A stretch of DNA of 64,000 bases from a phage: the sequence record PZ049338.1; one strand, given 5' to 3'. Shown here piece by piece: positions 57,119 through 64,000 of the stretch (position 1 is its first letter; the number at the start of each line of letters is the position of its first letter). Both the position numbers and the translations under genes were made by a program. The notes under the pieces were generated by a model. It saw only the letters and a list, made by a program, of their open reading frames with translations. It had not been told where the DNA came from and searched no databases.

Positions 57119-57871
57119 TTACGACTGGATAATGCTTTCTTGAGCCAGTTCATCTTTCACCTGTTTAAGTGTAAATGTATTGTCGTCACAATCAATACCA
57201 ATAGGGCCGATAATACGGTATTTAGTATTGCGAGTTTCAACAAAGAAAGTACCAACCTTCTCAGAGATATTTACTACACGGGAGGTACTGATTGACAACC
57301 CATCACGGAAAGGGTGATTTCCGTGAGTGTGGGTATCGCTCCAGATTCGACCAGTCATGTACCAGTTGCTATCATTGGACTTGTAAATGATAGCAGATGA
57401 CAGTTTGGCGTCGAATTGTGGAATTGGTAATGGGACATAACCTTCACGCAGTATCGGATTTTGTTCATCCGGCATTTGAGTGAAAGGCTTCATCTCAAAC
57501 ATTATTTCAAAGTCACGAGCCCATTGGCGAATCCGTTTTGGATTTAAACCATTGACACGTTTGAAGTAACCCTGCTGATGTTCAGCACTGATTAATTCAT
57601 ATGACAAATCCAAATCCGTACGATGAACAGTGGAACACATCATCATAAGGTATTCATGACGACCACACCACACGTAAAGAAGATGTCCAATCTCCTCTTT
57701 AGTGAAATCTGTCGCTTCCGCCAGACGGTCAGTGATACCAAGCGCCAGTGGTTCAGGGAAACGCTTGTAGAAAAGGATTGGGAACTTCTCAATAAGTTCC
57801 GGCATACGACGCTTATAGAAATCGTACTGAACAGGGGTAACAGGGCGAAGTTTTACGCGTTGAGTTGTCAT
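57119..57871 (-). CDS. Protein with ProQ/FinO-like N-terminal RNA-binding domain
   Basis: LIEKFPILFY...PLALGITDRL...LLYVWCGRHEYL parallels E. coli ProQ N-terminal domain pattern. Confidence 0.4.
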   Translation of the reverse strand: MTTQRVKLRPVTPVQYDFYKRRMPELIEKFPILFYKRFPEPLALGITDRLAEATDFTKEEIGHLLYVWCGRHEYLMMMCSTVHRTDLDLSYELISAEHQQGYFKRVNGLNPKRIRQWARDFEIMFEMKPFTQMPDEQNPILREGYVPLPIPQFDAKLSSAIIYKSNDSNWYMTGRIWSDTHTHGNHPFRDGLSISTSRVVNISEKVGTFFVETRNTKYRIIGPIGIDCDDNTFTLKQVKDELAQESIIQS

Positions 57872-58134
57872 CTATTTGCCTCACATTTAATTACTTCGTT
57901 TATTTCTTCAGCCACACTCTTTGCCTCTTTATACGAGGTTAGTAAAGAGTTCCAGTAATCGTCACGGTATTCGTGAACAGTTAATGAACTAAGGCGCTCT
58001 TTGTAATACTTAGCGCGCTTTATTGCATCACGTCCAGTTTCTATCATGTGACGTGTGTTTTTAAGTCTTTTATTTCTGACGAGATTCTTCGTCATCCATA
58101 AATTTACGCTTCTTGTGTTCATAATGAACCTCAA
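57868..58134 (-). CDS. Hypothetical basic protein (88 aa)
   Basis: ORF. Confidence 0.3.
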   Translation of the reverse strand: MRFIMNTRSVNLWMTKNLVRNKRLKNTRHMIETGRDAIKRAKYYKERLSSLTVHEYRDDYWNSLLTSYKEAKSVAEEINEVIKCEANR

Positions 58135-58466
58135 TTGCGATGATTGTCACAACTGCAACAGCAGCGAGAGCGTATTCAATCCACCAGATATCAGCTAGGC
58201 TTGACATAGATGAAACCCTCATAGGCGGTGTAGATGAACTTACGACCGAGCAGTGTGCCTACAAGCACGTACTTTTGTTTAGTGGAGTTGGACACTACGG
58301 CCCCCCTGATATGGTGAGGAGTTAGGATACCAGAACATGTTCTTACTGTTTGCAATCATACCGAATCCGGTAAGACCCATCAGTTGGTCACACAATGCTT
58401 GAGCGATTGATTGAGGCTTGGTGGTAGATTCACTAACCTTGAAACTGACTTTAGGCTCTTTGTACA

Positions 58467-58757
58467 TTACAAACCCCCATGTCTACATTTAACAAGAATG
58501 CCGTCAATGATGATGTAGTGTGAATGGTAAACCATTTCACGAGGTATATCACCATGTTCGCTGTTCCACTGGATAAAGTTCATCCGTTCCCAATCAATAT
58601 ATTGGGACTTCGCTTGAGCAATTACTTCTTCCAGAGTGACTTCACCATAAGGACTCATTGACTTCATCATTTCACAAACTGACATATCAACTCCTGTCAA
58701 AGTCGAGAACAACACTACCGTTCTTCTCAATCTCAGCCATAACTTTATTGTACTCAT
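58467..58757 (-). CDS. Hypothetical protein (96 aa)
   Basis: ORF. Confidence 0.3.
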   Translation of the reverse strand: MSTIKLWLRLRRTVVLFSTLTGVDMSVCEMMKSMSPYGEVTLEEVIAQAKSQYIDWERMNFIQWNSEHGDIPREMVYHSHYIIIDGILVKCRHGGL

Positions 58758-58998
58758 TCACTGTTCGAACGAGTGCAGCCTTCGGGTTGGCTTGCATGGC
58801 AATACCCATGACAACGCCTTGAACTTGAGGGTCAGTCACCCAAGTATTAACGATTGCTGATGCACAACCAACAATCTTAGGAATCACGCGTGGTTTACGC
58901 TTTTCAGTGCGAGCACTATCACACTCGATAAGGTAAGTCATTATCAGTGCTTCAAGGGCTTCCTCATACTGAAAGAGTTTTTCATCTTGAACAATCAT
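58687..58998 (-). CDS. Hypothetical protein (103 aa)
   Basis: ORF; start region preceded by hairpin. Confidence 0.3.
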   Translation of the reverse strand: MIVQDEKLFQYEEALEALIMTYLIECDSARTEKRKPRVIPKIVGCASAIVNTWVTDPQVQGVVMGIAMQANPKAALVRTVNEYNKVMAEIEKNGSVVLDFDRS

Positions 58999-59249
58999 TA
59001 GAAGTCCTTAAAATAGGAGGCGGGGACGAGCCGCCTTTACCCTATGAGTTAAGTTTGCATGTAAGACCTAACAATCGGATGCCTTCAGCGGAATAAGCGT
59101 TATGCGTATCCTGCACTAAACTCCCGCCCCCTTAGTGGGCTGGGTGTATAAAGGGTAACGCCCTTATGGGCTAGTTACATGAATGTTAGTTTGATAGGAG
59201 ATCTGACGTCCTATCTCAAAGGGCTCTCAGAAGAACCCTTTACGATAGT

Positions 59250-59498
59250 TTACAGATGCAGCATGTACGTGTGCAGTGCATCGTGAGCCATCTCACGAGT
59301 TGGATAAGGCATAGACCAAAGTCCAGCTTCATCACTGTACACATAAGCACACTCATTACTTACCGGGTCACGCAGTTTGGTAATCAGTGGGTCAACATGC
59401 TCAACCACTATTGCACCGTGTGATGCTGCTTCTTGGAGGAGGTTTGCAGTATTACTTGTAACCCTCACACCTCCGAAGTATTGAAGATGTCTTGCCAT
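59250..59498 (-). CDS. Hypothetical protein (82 aa)
   Basis: ORF. Confidence 0.3.
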   Translation of the reverse strand: MARHLQYFGGVRVTSNTANLLQEAASHGAIVVEHVDPLITKLRDPVSNECAYVYSDEAGLWSMPYPTREMAHDALHTYMLHL

Positions 59499-59836
59499 TA
59501 TGAGAATAAACCTCCTCGACTGAATTTAGGTTTTGGTGGTTCAACCGACTTCTTCATTGTTACGAGTGAGTTCAACCCCTTCTTAATAGCTTCAGATATT
59601 TCAGCGTATATCTTTGCATCAAGTAGGATGAAATCCCCAACAGGCTTGCCACCAGATAGTACACTCTGGATGGTTTCCTCACCAAAGGTAAACTTTGGCC
59701 CGAACCCTCCGAAGAAGTGGACTGTACCAGCCAATTCGTCACGAGAAACAATGCTCATTTCGATGTGAGTAACACCCGGCACTGAATCAAACTGACAGCG
59801 AATCTTAACAGATGGAAAACTCAGTACACTAATCAT
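59498..59836 (-). CDS. Hypothetical protein (112 aa)
   Basis: ORF. Confidence 0.35.
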   Translation of the reverse strand: MISVLSFPSVKIRCQFDSVPGVTHIEMSIVSRDELAGTVHFFGGFGPKFTFGEETIQSVLSGGKPVGDFILLDAKIYAEISEAIKKGLNSLVTMKKSVEPPKPKFSRGGLFS

Positions 59837-60108
59837 TGTTTCTTACCCGGAAGAAGTTTGTAGAGGAAATCCACCCAAAGTTTACCGAAGCAAATTCCAG
59901 TGAACACACCCAAAACAGCGACAAGGCCTAGGGGCCATAAGAAAATCATCACAGTAGTAAACGTTACATCTGGATGACCTTTCTTCTCACGACTTCTGAA
60001 CATATCAGAGCCTAGTTGGTCAGCCAGACGTACCGCACCGATTGTGGCTACAATTCCTATTAGGTAAATGGCAACTATAAGGATGAGGTAATCAGAAAAG
60101 CTGTTCAT
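59833..60108 (-). CDS. Small membrane protein with two TM helices (holin-like)
   Basis: LILIVAIYLIGIVATIGAV and VMIFLWPLGLVAVLGVFTGICF hydrophobic helices. Confidence 0.4.
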   Translation of the reverse strand: MNSFSDYLILIVAIYLIGIVATIGAVRLADQLGSDMFRSREKKGHPDVTFTTVMIFLWPLGLVAVLGVFTGICFGKLWVDFLYKLLPGKKQ

Positions 60109-60290
60109 TACAACATCTTCAGAGTTATTGATGAATCTTCACCTTCTGTAAACACGTTTGCATCCTTAACAGGATACTCATTACCTGAGGCATCTTCTAT
60201 ATAGACAATAGCTTCCGGCCCAGATTTAACAGAGAGGTTTTCAAGAACTCTGATTAATTCATCAACTGTCATAACAACCTCAATAATTAA

Positions 60291-60485
60291 TCAGCAGGAT
60301 TGGTCACAAGGCTGGTCGCCACAGGTTGTGCAGATTACCGGAGAGTAACTACACGCTGGGTATACTGACACACCATCCCACGTTTCACACCCACAAGCAG
60401 GGCATGTACCGTTAGATTCCATGTCATCGCCATCTTCAACTTCACCACCACCGTAACAAGTCATCGGTAATACCCCAAGTAACAT
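60291..60485 (-). CDS. Cys-rich small protein (64 aa)
   Basis: CPACGC...C...CTTCGDQPCDQSC. Confidence 0.3.
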   Translation of the reverse strand: MLLGVLPMTCYGGGEVEDGDDMESNGTCPACGCETWDGVSVYPACSYSPVICTTCGDQPCDQSC

Positions 60486-60606
60486 AATAAGGTTTCAAGA
60501 CAGTTAAGATGGAATTCTTCTTTTAAAGACAAAGAACCCACCTGCTCTTTCGCTTCTTTAAGGCGAGCGATTTCAGCCTCCACTGTTTCGTATGTTACTT
60601 CCATAC

Positions 60607-60873
60607 TTACTCCAGAATCTGGATTCTCACGTTAACTACGCGACATGGGTCGCCCGTGAAGTTTGATGTACCGATGATTGGCTCAGAACCCTGAGGAATC
60701 TCGACCGATTCAGTCAGATTAATTTTCAGGTAGAGTTTACCATCGACCATGAAGAAATCACCAGCGCGAATCAGTTCGAAAGCAACCAGCTTACCCATTG
60801 AAGGGAAAGCCAGTTCATTCTTACCGTGCCGCTTGGTGTCACCCCAACTTTTCGTACCAGATGTACCAAACAT
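60607..60873 (-). CDS. Small protein, member of 6-copy paralog family
   Basis: FFMVDGKLYLKINL core. Confidence 0.35.
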   Translation of the reverse strand: MFGTSGTKSWGDTKRHGKNELAFPSMGKLVAFELIRAGDFFMVDGKLYLKINLTESVEIPQGSEPIIGTSNFTGDPCRVVNVRIQILE

Positions 60874-60881
60874 TATTCACC

Positions 60882-61103
60882 TTAGTAGGTTAAGCCTATG
60901 ATTTTAGCATTAGGCTGTGGGTTGACTTCGGCATTTGGACGGAAACCATCAACTGAACCTGTGTGAAGGTTGACGCAAGTGATATAACCAGCGGTTACAG
61001 TGTCAGATTTAATCCAAAAACCATTAGAGTGTTGGAAAGCACTGCCATTTGCAAGGGCTGACAGTTCAACTGTTGGTGCTGATGCTTTAGCTTCAAATTG
61101 CAT
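60882..61103 (-). CDS. Small protein, member of 6-copy paralog family
   Basis: FQHSNGFWIKSD...CVNLHTG core. Confidence 0.35.
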   Translation of the reverse strand: MQFEAKASAPTVELSALANGSAFQHSNGFWIKSDTVTAGYITCVNLHTGSVDGFRPNAEVNPQPNAKIIGLTY

Positions 61104-61308
61104 TGTCGAGTGACTCCGTTACGAAAGTTGCCTTGCGACCTTGTGCATCAGTTACTTCATACACATCTTCGCTGTAATTAGGGATGAACCAGTCATGCCC
61201 GTCATGGAGCACCACACGGATGTGGGTTGGAGTGTGTTCAACGAGGATATAATCCTCAAGGAACTCAAACTCAGGGATGTTTGAACCAACACAGGTTGCT
61301 GTTGCCAT
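61093..61308 (-). CDS. Hypothetical protein (71 aa)
   Basis: ORF. Confidence 0.3.
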   Translation of the reverse strand: MATATCVGSNIPEFEFLEDYILVEHTPTHIRVVLHDGHDWFIPNYSEDVYEVTDAQGRKATFVTESLDNAI

Positions 61309-61444
61309 TTCTTATCCTTTGTTTGTTGTTGATTTACATAAGCTCACACCTAAGACAATGCACTCATTCAAGTGGAATGCAGAGGGGCGACAATACAAAG
61401 TGTATGAGCTTATGTAAAGCCCGCCAAATGGCGAGCAATACTCT

Positions 61445-61600
61445 TACTTGGTCAGATACAGATCTTCATAAGACCAGTTACCCTGACGTTTTACTGTCAG
61501 AGCGCGACCACGCAGCCAGAAGGATTCAACTTTCAGAGCGCCATTTGCTACGGCATCCATACGCTCAGGACGGTTCATTGCTTTAGTTGCTTTAGACATG
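61445..61600 (-). CDS. Small ORF (51 aa), not in track
   Basis: ATG ORF MSKATKAMNRPERMDAV... read on - strand. Confidence 0.2.
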
Positions 61601-61661
61601 ATTTACTCTCTTAGTGAGTGGGTTGATTTTACAATGTATAAGGAAACGTCACAGTAGTGAT

Positions 61662-61898
61662 TTACTTAATTCTTGAGCGGTGTGCCAGAACCATATCGTA
61701 CATTGGTACGACTTTGGTAGTAGGTACAATATATACAGGATAGCCGGTGTCAAGATTTACAGCATTGATACGTGAATTAGCATCAGTAACTATTGATGTG
61801 ATTCTGACATAAATCTCACCAGTCTCTCGTGCAAAGCAAGCACCAACTGACACTGTATCAAATGGAATCAGCTCTTTGGCTTCTTTTACAATTTCCAT
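61662..61898 (-). CDS. Small protein, member of 6-copy paralog family
   Basis: FARETGEIYVRIT...NAVNLDTG core. Confidence 0.4.
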   Translation of the reverse strand: MEIVKEAKELIPFDTVSVGACFARETGEIYVRITSIVTDANSRINAVNLDTGYPVYIVPTTKVVPMYDMVLAHRSRIK

Positions 61899-61900
61899 TG

Positions 61901-62143
61901 CTACCCCTTAACCTTTGAACGGTCAGTGATAACTAATTCAGGTCTTTTAATAACTTGGTCAGCAATCTTGAAAGGTTCAATAGTACCTGTCTCAAGACAC
62001 ACTGAGTTATATAGTGTTTTTGATGCACCGACAACACCATCAGTCTTGAGGTAGATGTCACCATCATACTCAAAACACTCACCGATGATTAAAGAGCCAA
62101 ATGGTGTTGTATTTTGTTTAGGTTTTAAGAACTCCATCACCAA
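61901..62143 (-). CDS. Small protein, member of 6-copy paralog family
   Basis: FEYDGDIYLKTD...NSVCLETG core. Confidence 0.4.
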   Translation of the reverse strand: MVMEFLKPKQNTTPFGSLIIGECFEYDGDIYLKTDGVVGASKTLYNSVCLETGTIEPFKIADQVIKRPELVITDRSKVKG

Positions 62144-62883
62144 CCCTCCATAGGGAATTCGAGATAGACCTGAGCATTAACACGAATTTCGTTCGTGATT
62201 CGGCTTGTACGGTCAGTGTTACGAGATACACGACCGAACCAACGCCACCCATTTGAGACGGCCTTAGTGCCCGTGTGCCACGTTTGCCAATCAAACTGAT
62301 ACAATGTACGGTCTTGGGCAACAACACGCTCCAGAGCGCCTACAGACAGCTTCTGTAGCACTTCTTTATGCCACTGGCGGTAGATTAATTCTCCGTCAGG
62401 TATTTGGCTGAAGTAGCTAGAGCCAATAGCAAAATCAGTAGGACATACATCAGCGTTGACCAGACCGAGGATGTGCTCCGAATGGTAAGCAGGATTGTCA
62501 TAATCAGGCTGACCAGCAGTGATAAAGTGCTGACCAGTAGGAATGGGAGGACGTGGTACGTCGTCATGATGGAATCCTGGAATTGCTGGATACCAACCCG
62601 GCATCAACATATGGACGCGGGAATCAAATACGCATTCATCAGCCAACCAATCATCTGGAAGGTTGTTGATAAAGCTGCGAGTGATAGGGCCACCGTTCTC
62701 CCATGCGAAATTTAAATCACAATTGAAGAACATTTGCTCGTTCTTGATTTCATCATTACTAATGCCTGATGCAAAAGAACCGAGCGGGTTTACTTTCGAG
62801 TGGAATATCTTTTCGGAGTTCATTTTAGGAACCTTTAACAGCGAAAGAGACAGCCTCATTAAGTGAGCGGAATCGTCCAACAT
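62137..62883 (-). CDS. Hypothetical protein (248 aa); possible Fe/2OG-oxygenase-like HxD...H pattern (weak)
   Basis: PGFHHDD...H segment; start uncertain (internal Met ~62823). Confidence 0.3.
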   Translation of the reverse strand: MLDDSAHLMRLSLSLLKVPKMNSEKIFHSKVNPLGSFASGISNDEIKNEQMFFNCDLNFAWENGGPITRSFINNLPDDWLADECVFDSRVHMLMPGWYPAIPGFHHDDVPRPPIPTGQHFITAGQPDYDNPAYHSEHILGLVNADVCPTDFAIGSSYFSQIPDGELIYRQWHKEVLQKLSVGALERVVAQDRTLYQFDWQTWHTGTKAVSNGWRWFGRVSRNTDRTSRITNEIRVNAQVYLEFPMEGW

Positions 62884-62997
62884 ACATACCTGCGGCAGAT
62901 GTTACAACGAACCACTGACCAATGTGAGAGATACCAGCGATGCGGCGATTATCATCATCAGCCACACGCCAGTAATCAGTGTGTATTTGCTTTACCT

Positions 62998-63279
62998 TCA
63001 TAAATCAAATCGCATACCAGCGTACTTGTACAGAGCGCGTTCTTCAGGCTCCATTGCGAATATTTTAAGTGTATTTGGCTCTTCATTTAGGTAATGCTTA
63101 GCAACACGTTCGATTTGGTCACGGCAGCTTTTAATATCAGCGTGCTCACTATAGCCAACAAATGAACTATACAGCACACCATTTAATTTGAAACCGATAC
63201 GCTGGATACGTGTTGGTGCTTTAATCCAAGGCATATTCGCGTTGGTGTACTCTTTAACGTAGATGGTAACAGTCGTCAC
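62998..63279 (-). CDS. Hypothetical protein (93 aa)
   Basis: ORF. Confidence 0.35.
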   Translation of the reverse strand: MTTVTIYVKEYTNANMPWIKAPTRIQRIGFKLNGVLYSSFVGYSEHADIKSCRDQIERVAKHYLNEEPNTLKIFAMEPEERALYKYAGMRFDL

Positions 63280-63290
63280 AGTAGTAACTC

Positions 63291-63674
63291 CTATCTGATA
63301 TGAGGGAGGGCATGGATGATTTCTCTTTGCTTCTCACTTTCAAAGTCAAACGAATCATCATCAAGCGGTAATAAAAACTTGGTTGCAATAAGTGCGTAAC
63401 CTATATCTAATATTTCACCTTGACCGGTTACAAAACCTTCACTGTAAATAATTGCAAGTTCATCCATATCTTCACCACAATTAAAGTAACCAATGCGGCC
63501 ATTGTGATTGATATGGGATACGAATACATAACCATCTTGCTCTGGATTGTATACAGCATCAGCACCATTAAGGATTTGATTAACAATAACTGATTTACCA
63601 ACCAGTTGAGCACGACCTTCGGGAGAGCGAGCACCGATTACCAGTGCCAGTTTACCTTCTTGAATACCACTCAT
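63291..63674 (-). CDS. Hypothetical protein (127 aa), first gene after promoter-like motif copy C
   Basis: ATG 8 nt downstream of the 22-bp motif. Confidence 0.45.
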   Translation of the reverse strand: MSGIQEGKLALVIGARSPEGRAQLVGKSVIVNQILNGADAVYNPEQDGYVFVSHINHNGRIGYFNCGEDMDELAIIYSEGFVTGQGEILDIGYALIATKFLLPLDDDSFDFESEKQREIIHALPHIR

Positions 63675-63682
63675 AAGAATAC

Positions 63683-63704
63683 CTCTTATTATATGTGGAT
63701 TAAC
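63683..63704 (-). promoter_or_regulatory. Copy C of conserved 22-bp promoter-like motif
   Basis: Reverse complement GTTAATCCACATATAATAAGAG followed by GTATTCTTATG (start codon). Confidence 0.35.
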
Positions 63705-64000
63705 TGAACACTAATTAATCACACTGAATCAGTGAAATTAAGTAGGGTGTCTGTCTCTTCCAGACTGTCACACTTAATCGGCCCAGCAGTGAACTGGCTA
63801 TGAGGTCATCAACACGTAATCAGGGAGAAAGGAGGGAAAACCCTGAGAACCAAACAATACCCGCCTAACTTATTAACCGAACTCAATCCACCTTACCCAA
63901 AGGAGGTAGGGCTATGTGGCCTAAGCCACGCGGTAGGATTGCGGTAATTTATAGTGGAGATAAGCTCACTCCACTGGCCTCTTGGATGGAGAGGTATTCT

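Noticed and set aside
1-64000. tRNA genes
   Set aside because: Scanned intergenic regions for T-arm-like GTTCRA motifs with acceptor-stem pairing and found no convincing cloverleaf; tRNAscan-SE should be run to confirm.
1-64000. Single-subunit T7-like RNA polymerase
   Set aside because: No ORF of suitable size or motifs in the window; transcription control appears to rely on a phage sigma factor instead.

Overview
The window reads as a near-complete genome segment of a virulent tailed phage with two divergent gene blocks. Bases ~1-2770 are a repeat-rich non-coding control region. Bases ~2.8-21.6 kb (+ strand) are a late morphogenesis/lysis block: small and large terminase, portal, scaffold, major capsid, virion and internal proteins including a 1336-aa protein, a T7 endonuclease-I-like resolvase and an overlapped i-/o-spanin pair. 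Bases ~21.8-63.7 kb (- strand) are a tightly packed early/middle block: a T7-like replisome (primase-helicase, a DNA polymerase split into separately encoded exonuclease and polymerase genes, SSB, 5'-3' exonuclease, ATP-dependent ligase), nucleotide metabolism (dCTP-deaminase-like, ThyX-like, thioredoxin, PhoH), a phage sigma factor, HNH endonucleases, two cell-wall hydrolases, and many small ORFs. The most unusual content is an ~11.5-kb operon (43.1-54.6 kb) encoding an ATP-grasp ligase, two amidoligase-like proteins, an Ntn glutamine amidotransferase with a Cys-rich tail, a GGCT/AIG2-like protein and tandem paralogous unknowns, with no characterised target. Other signals: four proteins ending in SSB-like acidic-xPF tails, a 22-bp promoter-like motif in four copies, UUCG-tetraloop terminators, and a six-member small-protein family. 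The sigma factor plus T7-like replication genes resemble phiEco32-like podoviruses, but this is from memory only. All calls are from reading the translations and sequence; no searches were run. The ORF track evidently uses GTG/TTG as well as ATG starts, so several 5' ends are approximate.
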